NCBI GenBank assembly: GCA_965199855.1
Contig: OZ241326.1
Span: 576,001-640,000 of the forward strand
DNA: 64,000 bases
Direction of reading: 5' to 3'
Origin: a bacterium
GTDB taxonomy: Bacteria; UBA8248
The notes beneath the pieces are model-generated. The model was given only the letters and a program-made list of their open reading frames with translations. It was not told the DNA's origin and made no database searches. Position 1 is the stretch's first letter. Every line of letters starts with the position of its first letter. This document shows, in pieces, positions 30,743 to 40,919 of the stretch. The position numbers and the translations under genes are program-made.

Positions 30743-33700
30743 ATGAAAAAGGGATACAATCTCCCGCCCGCGAGAGAGAGGGAGGAGACCGCGTTGCCCG
30801 GAGAAGGCAGAGCCATCGAGGAGACGTTCAACCAGGCGCTGGGCGCGGCGCTGCGGGAGGCCGCCGCGCGCTGGCGGGCCGCGCCGGACGCCGTCCGGGT
30901 GGAGGAGACGCGGACGCTGGCGGGCAGGGGCGCGCGCGGCATGCGGCCGGACATTCTGGTTGTCGAGAAGGGGGCGCCGCCGGTGGTGGTCGAATGCTCC
31001 TTCGACGGCGCGGACGCCGACGCGGACGCAATCGCGCGCCTGGGGCGCAGAACGGCGCAGGGGGGTCTCGAAATCAAGACGGCGGTCGCCGCGCGCATTC
31101 CGCCCGCGAACCGTCTGCGCTCCCAGGCGGAAATCCGCCGCGCTCTGGCCGGCGGCGAGCTCATCCACTACGCCCTGCACCAGAAAATCGCCGACGGGGA
31201 CGCCGCGCGGCGGCGCTGGCCATTGAGGGGCTTTCTGGCGGGCCGCGTCCATGACCTGGCGGCGCTGCTTCCGGCGGCGGCGCTGCCGAGGGAGGACGTG
31301 GAGGAGGTCGCCCGCGAGGTCGCCGAACTGGTGGATCAGGCGGCGGGCAGGCTCGAATGGGCGCTGTCCGAGGCGCGGCAGCTGGAAATCGCCGAGCGGG
31401 TTCACCAGCGAACCCCGCTCAAGGGCCTGCGGACGACGATGGTGCTGTGGCTCAACGCGCTCGCCACCCAGCAGCGGCTGAGCATTCAGGGGGTGGAGAG
31501 CGTCCCGCCCCTGGAGTTCGGCGGGGCGGAGCTGCCCGCGCCCTCGGAGCTGGCGGCGGTCTGGCGCGCCGTTCTGGAGGAGAACTGGCGGTCGATCTTC
31601 GAGCCGGCCGTTCGCGTCCTGGAGAAGGCGGGCGGCGTCCATCCCCGCGCGGCGGGCGAGGCGCTGGCGCTGCTCCTTCGGGCGGTGGAGAGGATCGAGC
31701 TGGCGCGGCTGGGCCCCCGCATCAACGTAGGCGCCGAGCTGTTCCCGAAGCTGAGCGACGACAGGAAGACGGCGGCGGCGTTCTACACCCAGCCGGCCGC
31801 CGCCGAGCTGCTCGCCGGCCTGGTCATCCGCCCCGACGCGCTGACGGCGGACGAATGGGCGTCGCCGGAGATATTCCGCGGGCGGCGGCTGGCGGATCTG
31901 GCCTGCGGGACGGGGACGCTGCTGCGGGCGGGCTACGCCCGCGTCGCCGCCCTGCACGAACGCGCCGGGGGCACGGTCGAGAGCGCCGCCGCGCTGCACC
32001 GGGGCGCGATGGAATCCGGCCTGGTCGGAACGGACATCAGCCCCATCGCCGCGCATCTTACCGCGTCCTCCCTCGCGGCCGTCGGCGCGGGGGAGCCTTA
32101 CGGAGACACCGACATCGGATGGGTGGAGGTGGGAGGAGAAGTCGCGGTAACCGGCTCCCTGGAATACCTGGGCAATACGGAGGTCGCCAACCTCTTCGCC
32201 GAGGTCGCGGGACGCTCGACGGGAGAGCGGGAGGGAGAGGCGGGGAAGCATTCGGTCGCGGTTTTTGACGACAGCTTCGACTGGATATTGATGAATCCCC
32301 CCTATTCGAGAACGCGCGGCGGGCAGAGCGCCTTTGACGTCGCCGGCCTCACCGGGAAGGAGCGGAAGGACTGCCAGGCGAAATGGAGGCTCCTGACGCG
32401 CGGCGAGCCCGTCAACAACAAGGCGGGCATGGCGGCGTCGTTCCTCGCGCTGGCGCGAAAGAAGGTGAAGCGCGGCGGGCGAATCGGCTTCGTCCTGCCC
32501 CTGACGGCGGCGTTCGCGGACTCCTGGCGCGTCACCCGGCGGATGATCGAGCGGGAGTTCAGGGACATTGTGGCCGTGGCGGTCGCCGGCGGGCGCGCGC
32601 TGGGAAGGGACGCCCTTTCCGCCGACACGGGCATGGAGGAGATGCTGCTGGCGGCGACGCGGCGGGAGGAGTGGAGGTTCTCCGCGAAGGGAGAGGGCGA
32701 CCCGGCGCCGATTCGCTGCGTCACGCTCCTGCGCCCGCCGGGGCGGGTGGGGGAGGCGGGGGAAATCGCCCGCGCGATAGCGGCGGCCGTCGAGCGCGCG
32801 GGCGACGGCGGGCTGGCCGTCAAGGCGGGCGAGGAGGAGCTGGGGCAGGTTCTGGCGTTCGACGCGGGCGGCGAGGGCGCTCCGTGGGGGCCGCTCGGGG
32901 TGACCCACGCGGATCTGGCGCTCGCGGCGGCCGCCCTCGCCGAGGGGCGGCTCGACTTCGGAGGGACGCGGGCGCCGTTCCGCGTGGAGATGGCCCCGCT
33001 CGATGAAGTGTTCGAGGTGGGGCCGACGCACGACCTGATTGGGCATCTGCGCGGCAGGGACCCGAGAGGCGCCTTCGAGTTTCACCCGGTGCGGAGCGCG
33101 CGGGACGCCATCGGCCGGGATCGCGCGCTGTGGGAGGCGAACGCCCGCGCGCAGCGGCGGCTCGTCCTCTCGCCGACGCACAAGGGCGCCGCCCCGGCGG
33201 GGGTCGGCTCGGAGCGGCGGCGGGCGGCCATGCGCCGGCATCAAAGCGACCTGCACTACGCCCGCAACATGCGCTGGACCTCGCAGGCGCTCCTGGCCGC
33301 GACGACGGCGCGCCCCGCCCTGGGCGGGAGCGGCTGGACGGCGCTCGGCCACGCCGACGCGCGGGCGCGCCGGGCGTTCGCGCTTTGGGCGAACTCCACG
33401 CTCGGCATGGCGGTTCACTGGACGCGGGGGCAGCGCGCCCACGCCGGCCGCTCTAGGACGCAGATAGGCGCGCTCAGGAAAACGCCCTGCCCCCGGCTGG
33501 ATGATCTGGGCGACGCCGCGCTGGACAGGGCGGCGGCGGACTTTGCGGAACTGGCGAAGCGCGGCGATTTGCTCCCCGCCTGCCAGGCGCACGCGGACGA
33601 CCTGCGGAAGGCCATCGACGAGGCGGCTCTCCGCCTCCTGGGACTGCCGGGAAGCGCCGCCGGGGCGGTCGGCGACCTGCGGCTGCTCTGGTGCGGCGAG

Positions 33701-33757
33701 CCCTCGGTTCACGGCGCGAACCGGGCGGCTCTGCGGCTGCTGGGGCGGGAGGGTTAG
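30743..33757 (+). CDS. Type IIG-like restriction-modification fusion (nuclease-like N-terminus + N6-adenine MTase + TRD)
   Basis: RPDILV..VVVECSF, AFYTQP, DLACGTGTLL, MNPPY, SADTGMEE, WCGEPSVHG; start approximate. Confidence 0.85.
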   Translation: MKKGYNLPPAREREETALPGEGRAIEETFNQALGAALREAAARWRAAPDAVRVEETRTLAGRGARGMRPDILVVEKGAPPVVVECSFDGADADADAIARLGRRTAQGGLEIKTAVAARIPPANRLRSQAEIRRALAGGELIHYALHQKIADGDAARRRWPLRGFLAGRVHDLAALLPAAALPREDVEEVAREVAELVDQAAGRLEWALSEARQLEIAERVHQRTPLKGLRTTMVLWLNALATQQRLSIQGVESVPPLEFGGAELPAPSELAAVWRAVLEENWRSIFEPAVRVLEKAGGVHPRAAGEALALLLRAVERIELARLGPRINVGAELFPKLSDDRKTAAAFYTQPAAAELLAGLVIRPDALTADEWASPEIFRGRRLADLACGTGTLLRAGYARVAALHERAGGTVESAAALHRGAMESGLVGTDISPIAAHLTASSLAAVGAGEPYGDTDIGWVEVGGEVAVTGSLEYLGNTEVANLFAEVAGRSTGEREGEAGKHSVAVFDDSFDWILMNPPYSRTRGGQSAFDVAGLTGKERKDCQAKWRLLTRGEPVNNKAGMAASFLALARKKVKRGGRIGFVLPLTAAFADSWRVTRRMIEREFRDIVAVAVAGGRALGRDALSADTGMEEMLLAATRREEWRFSAKGEGDPAPIRCVTLLRPPGRVGEAGEIARAIAAAVERAGDGGLAVKAGEEELGQVLAFDAGGEGAPWGPLGVTHADLALAAAALAEGRLDFGGTRAPFRVEMAPLDEVFEVGPTHDLIGHLRGRDPRGAFEFHPVRSARDAIGRDRALWEANARAQRRLVLSPTHKGAAPAGVGSERRRAAMRRHQSDLHYARNMRWTSQALLAATTARPALGGSGWTALGHADARARRAFALWANSTLGMAVHWTRGQRAHAGRSRTQIGALRKTPCPRLDDLGDAALDRAAADFAELAKRGDLLPACQAHADDLRKAIDEAALRLLGLPGSAAGAVGDLRLLWCGEPSVHGANRAALRLLGREG

Positions 33758-33833
33758 CGAAGCGCCGGCCCTTGTCCGCAGGGCGCCGTTCGCGAGCGAC
33801 CCGCCGCCCGCCAACCAACCGGACAATCGCCGG

Positions 33834-34746
33834 GTTGTCGGCCCATGCCGTCAAAGCGGGCGACCGCAGGCGGCCGCCCCTACGGCCTCCCTTTGAGGGT
33901 CGCCGTCCGGCAACGGGCGGTTCTCGAACCGCCCCTACGAAATCATAAACCCCGCGTTCCCGCCGTCATTCGCGGCGTCAATCCCGACAGGGCGGAGGGA
34001 TTGCGGAATCCGGGGTTTTGGTTTTTGACAGGGGACAACCACAGGGGGTTGTCCCTACGCCGCGTTGTCGGCCATGCCTTCAAATCGGGCGGCTACAGGC
34101 GGCCGCCCCTGCGGATCCGTGAAGCCCGCGTCCCCCCGCTGTCGAACGAATCGCCTCCGTATTCGTAGGGCCTGGTCGCGACCTGTCCCTGCGTGAAACG
34201 CACAAAATCCTTGGTTCCCGCCGCGAAGGACGCTCCCCACGCATATAGACGATGACGCGGATCGAATCGTAGGGACAACCCCCCGTGGTTGTCCTTCGCC
34301 ATGTCCCCACCCCGCGCCGGGACGTGAAAATCCCGTAGGGGTCGTTCGTGAACGACCCGCCGCGGTTCTGGATTGCGGCCTTCGCCGCAATGACGGGTTT
34401 TGAGGCGGCGCCCGTCGGAGGGGAAATCCTCGCCGCCGTTCGAGTTGTCGGCCCATGCCTTCAAATCGGGCGGGCCGCAGGGGCCGCCCCTGCGAAATCA
34501 TAAACCCCGCGTTCCCGCCGTCATTCGCGGCGTCAATCCCGACAGGGCGGAGGGATTGCGGAGTCCGGGGTTTTGGTTTTTGACAGGGGACAACCACAGG
34601 GGGTTGTCCCTACGCCGCGTTCGCGCGCCGGCGAGGCGCGGCCATCCCACGGGGGGCGTTCGTGATCGACCCGCCGCGGAGGCCGCCGGGATTGCGTAGG
34701 GACGCCCCTCCCCGGGGGCGTCCCGCAGGTCGCGGCCTGTCCCTAC
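33834..34746. repeat. Cluster of REP-like GTAG hairpins with a 129-bp direct repeat (33938-34066 / 34493-34621)
   Basis: Multiple GTAGGG..CCC hairpins on both strands; the 129-bp copies differ at one base. Confidence 0.85.
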
Positions 34747-34762
34747 GGAGGAAGCGGGCGCC

Positions 34763-35905
34763 TCAGAGCAGGCGCATGGCGGCGGCGCGCATGGCGTTGC
34801 CCCCGCCTAACGCATGGGAGAAGGCCGTAAGGTCGCGCAGCAGCCTTTCCATGGGCGCCTCCGTCATGTAGCCCGCCCCGCCCCAGACTTCCATCGATCG
34901 GCGCGCGGCGCGCTCGCAGGATTCCGCGGCGAAGGCCGGGACGAGAAGGCTCCGCCAGGGGTCGGCGTCCCCGGCGCGATCCGCCTCCCGGGCGGCGGCC
35001 TGCAGGCTTCTTCGGGCGGCGTCGAGCTCCACCAGGCTGTCGCAGAGCATGAAGCCCACCGTCTGGTGCCCGATGATGGGCTTGCCCCCCTGGACGCGCT
35101 CGCGCGCGTGGGCGAGGGCGTTTTCGTGCGCTTTTCTCGCCGCGCCGACGGCGGCGGCCGCCGGAAGAACGCGGACGGGGCGCGTCGCGCTTCTCCACGC
35201 CTCCTCCGCGCAATCGACCCGCTCCCGGCGCGCGAGCCTCGCGTCCTGAAAGCGCAGATCGACGTCCGGGCATGAGCGCATCCCCATGGAATCGTGATGG
35301 CGGGCGACCTCGATTCCCCGCCCGCGCCCGCTTCTCGCCAGAAAAATCCGCCGTCCGCTCCCCTCCGGGAAGGGTGACTCCAGAAGAAGAAAGCCGGCCG
35401 CCGCCCCGTTCAGCACGTGCGGCGCGGCTCCATGAAGCCGCCAGCCGTCCGCGTCCTCCGTGAGGGAGACGCCTGCGCTCCCCCCGCTCGCGGCGGGATT
35501 TCCGGCTTCCGGGGCGAGCGCCGCGTGGGCGAGATGGAGCGCGGGGTTTCCCGTGAAATCCGCCGCGAACGCCCGGAACTCCGCCTCGTCCAGCAAGCGG
35601 AGGAGGGCGCTCGACAGCGCCCAGTCCAGCGCGTGGATGACGGCGACGCCCAGGTCTCCCCAGCCGAGCTCCTCCGCCGCGAGGCACAGGCCCGGCGAGT
35701 CGGCGCCTCCGCCTCCGCAGTCCTCGGAAACGGCGAGGGTTCGCAGGCCCAGGGCGTCGCTCTTCGCCAGAATTTCCGCGGGGAAGCGCTTCTCCGGGCT
35801 TTTCTCGCGGTCGATGGCGTCCGTGAGCGGGAGAATCTCCCGCCGCGCGAAGTCGGCGGCCAGCCGCCGGAGCGCGAGGCGCGCCTCTCCCGGGTCGAAG
35901 TCCAT
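34763..35905 (-). CDS. Acyl-CoA dehydrogenase-fold flavoprotein (divergent)
   Basis: AEELGWGDLG, SMGMRS, RERVQGGKPIIGHQ, VWGGAGYMTEAPMERLLRD. Confidence 0.85.
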   Translation of the reverse strand: MDFDPGEARLALRRLAADFARREILPLTDAIDREKSPEKRFPAEILAKSDALGLRTLAVSEDCGGGGADSPGLCLAAEELGWGDLGVAVIHALDWALSSALLRLLDEAEFRAFAADFTGNPALHLAHAALAPEAGNPAASGGSAGVSLTEDADGWRLHGAAPHVLNGAAAGFLLLESPFPEGSGRRIFLARSGRGRGIEVARHHDSMGMRSCPDVDLRFQDARLARRERVDCAEEAWRSATRPVRVLPAAAAVGAARKAHENALAHARERVQGGKPIIGHQTVGFMLCDSLVELDAARRSLQAAAREADRAGDADPWRSLLVPAFAAESCERAARRSMEVWGGAGYMTEAPMERLLRDLTAFSHALGGGNAMRAAAMRLL

Positions 35906-35942
35906 GCGCTGACCTCTTTGTGGGCCGAGGCGCCGGCCCGGA

Positions 35943-36911
35943 TCAGTCGATGAGGCCCACGCCCTTGAGGTCCGAGGCGAGCGCCGCCTTCTCGTCCGCG
36001 CTCAGGGGAATCATCGGCGCGCGCGTGGGGCCGCCGCGCATCCCCATCAGGCTCATCCAGTCCTTGAGGGCGGCGATGGGAAACGCCCCCCGCGACCAGG
36101 GCTCCCATATCCATTTCTCGGCCACGCGCCGCATCGGGTTCATGGACTCGCGCGCCGTCCAGGCCTCCTCGAGGCTTCCCTCGTCGATCAGGTCGGTGTA
36201 TTTCCGCATCCCCAGGCTGCCCGGTCGCTGGAGGAGGAACGGGTCGGGCCCGCTCATGAAGGTCTGCTGCCCGTGATACGCCCGGTTGAAGAACCACTGG
36301 GTCTCCATCGGGTCGCTCACCACGATGTCCTCGCCCACGGCCTCGCGCACTTCGTCGCAGTGATGCTTGGGCTGCGCGTTCTTGACGCAGCAGACGTTCT
36401 CGTTGTCGTCCACGATCCGGCGGATGAGCTTCGGCGAGAGGGAGTAGCCGGTCGCCGCCGCGTTGAACAGGGAGACGCCGACGTCCACGTTCGCGCAGAC
36501 CTCCCTGAAATACGCGCGGACGCGCCCGGGGATTCCCTGCGCGCCCAGGTAGGGATTCGCCAGAATCGCGTAGGCCGCCCCCGCCTCCATCGCCGCGTGG
36601 GTCAGCTCTATCGCCTCCTTGGCCGAGGTGTGGCCCGTGTGCGCGATGACGGGCGTATCCCCCGCCTCGTCGCAGGCGATCGCCTGGCCGCGCAGGCGCT
36701 CCTCCTTCGTGAGGCACCAGAATTCGCCGATCATCCCGCCCACGAAGAAGCCCTTGATGTCCAGGTCGTCAACGTAGCGGCGGATGTCGGCGCGAAGCCC
36801 CTCCTCGTCGATGTCGTCGTTCCCGTCGAACGGATAGGGGATGGCGGCCCAGATGCCCTTCATGTTCTCCCTGCAGTAGGCGCGCGCGTCTGATTTCTCG
36901 TAGGGGGGCAT
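35943..36911 (-). CDS. Dihydrodipicolinate synthase / class I aldolase family protein
   Basis: AAIPYPFD..IDEEG, GMIGEFWCLT.EER, Schiff-base Lys in CCVKN. Confidence 0.88.
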   Translation of the reverse strand: MPPYEKSDARAYCRENMKGIWAAIPYPFDGNDDIDEEGLRADIRRYVDDLDIKGFFVGGMIGEFWCLTKEERLRGQAIACDEAGDTPVIAHTGHTSAKEAIELTHAAMEAGAAYAILANPYLGAQGIPGRVRAYFREVCANVDVGVSLFNAAATGYSLSPKLIRRIVDDNENVCCVKNAQPKHHCDEVREAVGEDIVVSDPMETQWFFNRAYHGQQTFMSGPDPFLLQRPGSLGMRKYTDLIDEGSLEEAWTARESMNPMRRVAEKWIWEPWSRGAFPIAALKDWMSLMGMRGGPTRAPMIPLSADEKAALASDLKGVGLID

Positions 36912-36961
36912 GAAAGTCTCCTTCCCGACTGCGAACCGGGGGCGCCTTCAAAACGCCCGAA

Positions 36962-38140
36962 TCACCATTCATCCTCGCCGGCGGGCGCGAGAAGCGGAGC
37001 GGCCTTGAGCTTGACCGCCTCGTTCGTGCCGAAGCCGTGCAGGTAGCTCAGCGCGTCGCGCCAGCACTTCTCGGGCGTCGGCCTGTCGTCTCGGTGGACG
37101 GCGCCCGCCCTGCCCCATATCTCCATCGCCATGCGGCAGACCCTGACGCCCGCCTCCGAGGCGAACACCTTGGACATCAGGCGGCGCTTGGAGTCGTCCG
37201 CGGGCCCGTCCGCCTGCCGCGCCGCAGAATACAGGTAGGTTCTCGACGCTTCAATCAGCATGTACATCTCCGCGAGCGCCATCCGCGCCCACTGCTCGCG
37301 CATCGCGCCGTTCTCGCTCGCCGCCTCGCGGGCGAGATCGTAGGCGAGGCGGGCCGGGCCCATCACGGGAACGAGCGCGCCGCTCACCATCCGGCTCAGG
37401 ATGGAGAGTCCCCCGTTCCACGCGCCGAAGAGGCCGCTCGCCGGCACCCGGCAGTTCCGCAGGAGGAGCTCCCCGTTCTGCAGAAGGCGCCTGCCCAGCT
37501 TGGAGTGCGCCTCGCCGATCTCGAAGCCCTCCGCGCCGCGCGGCACGAGGAAGCAGGTGAGCCCCTCGCTCATCTTCTTCTCGGGCGCGGTTCGCGCGAA
37601 GATGAAGTAGTATTTCGCCAGTCCCCCGTTCGAGATGTAGTGCTTCACCCCGTTCAGGACGTAGGAGTCCCCCTCCCTTCGCGCCGTCATGCGCGGGCCG
37701 GCGCCCGGCGCGTCGAGCATCAGGAAGGTGTCGGTTCCGCTTTGCGGCTCCGTGGTGGCGAGGGCGAGCAGGGCGCGGGGGTCGTTCAGGAAGTCCTCCA
37801 GGTAGAGGTTGCGCTGCGCCCGGGTGGTCTCGTTCGCGAGCAGCTGGGTGAACTTGTAGGTCTGATCCATCGAGACGGCCACGCCCAGGTCGCCGTAGGC
37901 GAGCTCCTCCGCCACCATGGCCTGGACGAGGTGGCGCGCCCCGAAGCCGCCGAATTTTTTAGGGACGGTGAGCGTCCTCAGGCCCGCCGCGTCGATTTTC
38001 TCGGCGATGTCCCAGGGATAGGCCTCCCCGGGGGCGCGGTTCCTGTCTCGCGCGGCGGCGACGGGCAGAACGTCCTCCCGGGCGATCCTCCGCGCGCGGC
38101 GCACCATTTCGGCTTCCTCGGGGGAGAGGTCGGGCTTCAC
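36962..38140 (-). CDS. Acyl-CoA dehydrogenase-fold flavoprotein
   Basis: TTEPQSGTD, YVLNGVKHYISNG, KLGRR, SKVFASE, EKCWRD. Confidence 0.88.
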   Translation of the reverse strand: MKPDLSPEEAEMVRRARRIAREDVLPVAAARDRNRAPGEAYPWDIAEKIDAAGLRTLTVPKKFGGFGARHLVQAMVAEELAYGDLGVAVSMDQTYKFTQLLANETTRAQRNLYLEDFLNDPRALLALATTEPQSGTDTFLMLDAPGAGPRMTARREGDSYVLNGVKHYISNGGLAKYYFIFARTAPEKKMSEGLTCFLVPRGAEGFEIGEAHSKLGRRLLQNGELLLRNCRVPASGLFGAWNGGLSILSRMVSGALVPVMGPARLAYDLAREAASENGAMREQWARMALAEMYMLIEASRTYLYSAARQADGPADDSKRRLMSKVFASEAGVRVCRMAMEIWGRAGAVHRDDRPTPEKCWRDALSYLHGFGTNEAVKLKAAPLLAPAGEDEW

Positions 38141-38218
38141 GGCGCGAGAACGTCCGCAACGTCCGCGCGGTCGGACGCCGGAGACGCTTTCAGGGGGAGG
38201 GATGCCATGTCACGCGCC

Positions 38219-39523
38219 TTATTTGGTGATGGTTACGATGCTTTCGCGCAGGGGAACCTTGTGCCGCCGGGAATTTCCGGCCCACTTGCCGCCCCGGCGC
38301 CGGATGACCTCGACCTCGAAATCGGAAAATCCCGCGTCCACGGCCAGTTCGCCGACGATTTCATCCGTGCGCACGTGAACGCCGTAAGGCGCCGAATCCC
38401 CGAGAACCAGGACGAACCGCCGCCCCTCTTTCAGAACCGCGCGCGCGCCCTTTATCACCTTCAGCATGTCCTCGAAATAGCCGGCCACCATCAGATCGTA
38501 GGCTTTTTTGCCGCTCTTCTTCATCCGCAGCTCCGACAGCCGCTGGACGATGCCCGTCAGCTCGGCGTGCGTTCGCGGGCTCGCCGCCTTGACGCCGGGA
38601 CACCCGCGCGCCTCCTCCATGGCGGTTCGCCTTGTCTGCGTCGTCGCGGCGATAATGAGGCGATCCCGCACCTCGCGGGTGATGTCGGCCCAGCTTTCGT
38701 AGGTTCCCCAGAAATAGGTCTCGAGCCTCGTGCGGTCGGCGTAGTCGTAGTTGTTCAGATACGGCGGAGAGGTCAGGAGCAGATCGACGCTCCCCGCCGG
38801 AGCGTAATCAGCCAGATGACGGGCGTCTCCGTTGATGAGCCTGTGCTCCGAGGGCGGCGGGTTCAGAAATCTGACGGCGGCGACGTCGTCCAGCATCAGG
38901 GCGCAGCGCTTCTCGAACTCCTCGAAGGCGTCCCGCCGCGTCACCCGCGCGGCGTATTTGCCGGGGGCGATATAGGGCCAGCCCGCCCCGGCCGAGGTGA
39001 CGACGCGCAGAATCGCCGTCAGCGCCACTTTCAGAAAGTCCAGCCGCCGCGCGTCCGCGTCATGCGCCTCGATGGCCGTCCGAAGCGCGTAGAGCTGCTT
39101 AAGCGTTCGCTCGTCGAAGCACTTGTACACCAGGGCGGGCCAGACGTCCCCGCACCGGACGCCGCTCTCGCGGATCGCCCGGGCGCTTCGCAGAACCCGC
39201 TCGGCGTCCCGGGCCAGCGCGCCTGCGTCGCAGTCGAGGCGCAGCTTCGTCTCCGCTATCCAGAACACGAAGGGATGCGCTTCCACGCCGACGGAGCTGA
39301 CGCCCAGCGCCCTGGCGGCGACCGACGTCGTGCCCGTTCCCAGAAACGGGTCGGCGATCCAGTCTCCCGGCCCGAGTCCGTATTGCCGGATTTTGCTTTC
39401 GACCAGTTTGTGGGAGTAGCCGGCCGGGTAGGTGAACCATCGGTGGACCGGGGCGCGCAGGCTGTCCCGAAACGAGCCGTAGGCGCTCGGGCTCTCGCCG
39501 CCGGCGACCGCGCCGCGGCTCAC
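38219..39523 (-). CDS. Orphan DNA methyltransferase, N4-cytosine type (alpha motif order)
   Basis: HRWFTYPAGYS, DPFLGTGTT, TSPPYLNNYDY, VLGDS, LRES. Confidence 0.88.
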   Translation of the reverse strand: MSRGAVAGGESPSAYGSFRDSLRAPVHRWFTYPAGYSHKLVESKIRQYGLGPGDWIADPFLGTGTTSVAARALGVSSVGVEAHPFVFWIAETKLRLDCDAGALARDAERVLRSARAIRESGVRCGDVWPALVYKCFDERTLKQLYALRTAIEAHDADARRLDFLKVALTAILRVVTSAGAGWPYIAPGKYAARVTRRDAFEEFEKRCALMLDDVAAVRFLNPPPSEHRLINGDARHLADYAPAGSVDLLLTSPPYLNNYDYADRTRLETYFWGTYESWADITREVRDRLIIAATTQTRRTAMEEARGCPGVKAASPRTHAELTGIVQRLSELRMKKSGKKAYDLMVAGYFEDMLKVIKGARAVLKEGRRFVLVLGDSAPYGVHVRTDEIVGELAVDAGFSDFEVEVIRRRGGKWAGNSRRHKVPLRESIVTITK

Positions 39524-39929
39524 GGCATCCGCCGCGAATTCTCGCGGGAGGGATGGACTCGCGCCCCCGGCGCGTTCTTTGGCTTGGCTGTCATTATTCA
39601 GTGTCCCCGTTTCGCCTACGATAGCGGCGCGCGCCCCGGGCGGTCAAGGGCCGCGGCTGGAAGCCGGAAAAGGGAATCCGCGCCCGGATGAGGAGGAAGC
39701 GGCTTTGCGGCGAATGGACGCGGGGCTAATATGCGCGAATCCATGAGGATCATGGCGGGCTTCGTCCTTTGTCGAACGAGGGAGAGAAGGATGGCGCATG
39801 GGCGAAGGCGCCGGCCTTCTTCGATGAGAGGCTGAAGTAGCCGGGCGGAAAGCCCGAACGAAGGCGCGGCGGGGGATTCCCGGCCGGCTGGAAGCTGCTT
39901 TTCAGAGGCGAACGGAGGAGGGAGAAGGT

Positions 39930-40919
39930 ATGCCGAGAGCGGTTCTTTTCCATGAGACGGGAAGCGCGGACGCGCTTCGCCTGGAGGAAGTCCCTCTCGC
40001 CGAGCCGGGCGAGGGCGAGGTGCGCGTCAAGGTGGAGGCCATCGGACTCAACCGGGCGGAGGTGATGTTCCGGGAGGGCGCGTATCCCGAAAAGCCCGCG
40101 TTTCCCTCCCGCATCGGCTACGAGGCGTCCGGGACGATTGACGCCGTGGGCGCGGGCGTCGAGGGGTTCGCCGTCGGGGAGCGCGTGAGCACGATTCCCG
40201 CGTTCTCGATGGGGGAGCACGGGGTGTATGGCGAGTTCGCGGTCGTGCCGGCCCGCGCCGCCGCGCGATACCCCGCGCGCCTGACGCCCGTCCAGGCCGC
40301 CGCCATCTGGATGCCCTACATCACCGCCTACGGCGCGCTCGTGGAATACGGCGGGGTGGGGGAGGCGGACGCCGCGCTCATCACGGCGGCGAGCAGCAGC
40401 GTCGGGCTGGCGGCGATTCAGATCGCCAAGGCGGCGGGCGCCCGCGCGATCGCCGCGACGCGCGGGGCGGACAAGAAGGAATTTCTCCTGGAGGCGGGGG
40501 CGGACTTCGTCGTCGTCACCGACGAGGAGGTGCTGGCGGACTCGGTGATGGAGATCACCGAGGGCGCGGGGGCGAGCATCGTTTTCGACCCCGTCGTCGG
40601 GCCGTCTCTGGCGAAGCTGGCCGACGCGGCGGCTCCCCGCGCCATGATTTTCCTCTACGGCGCCCTGGCGCCCGGGGACGCCGTTTTTCCCCTGTTCCCG
40701 GCGCTGCCGAAGGGCTTGACGTTCAGGGGCTACACGCTCATGGAGATCACGAAAGACGCCGAAAAAAGGGAGCGCGCCAAGAAGTTCATCCGCGAGGGGC
40801 TGGAGTCCGGTGCCTTCCGCCCCGTCATCGACAGGACGTTTCCGCTCGACCAAGTGGCGGAGGCGCACCGATACATGGAGTCGAACCGGCAGAGGGGGAA
40901 AATCGTCCTCGAGGTCTAG
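39930..40919 (+). CDS. MDR-family NADPH:quinone oxidoreductase-like protein
   Basis: AIGLNRAE, GYEASG, TAASSSVG, AHRYMESN..GKIVL. Confidence 0.9.
   Translation: MPRAVLFHETGSADALRLEEVPLAEPGEGEVRVKVEAIGLNRAEVMFREGAYPEKPAFPSRIGYEASGTIDAVGAGVEGFAVGERVSTIPAFSMGEHGVYGEFAVVPARAAARYPARLTPVQAAAIWMPYITAYGALVEYGGVGEADAALITAASSSVGLAAIQIAKAAGARAIAATRGADKKEFLLEAGADFVVVTDEEVLADSVMEITEGAGASIVFDPVVGPSLAKLADAAAPRAMIFLYGALAPGDAVFPLFPALPKGLTFRGYTLMEITKDAEKRERAKKFIREGLESGAFRPVIDRTFPLDQVAEAHRYMESNRQRGKIVLEV

Noticed and set aside
29639-33826. 1395-aa minus-strand ORF as a giant fusion
   Set aside because: Only the last ~300 aa are an aminotransferase; the rest is antisense shadow of the RM gene in high-GC DNA
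33834-34746. CRISPR array
   Set aside because: No constant repeat with regular unique spacers, mixed orientations, no cas genes
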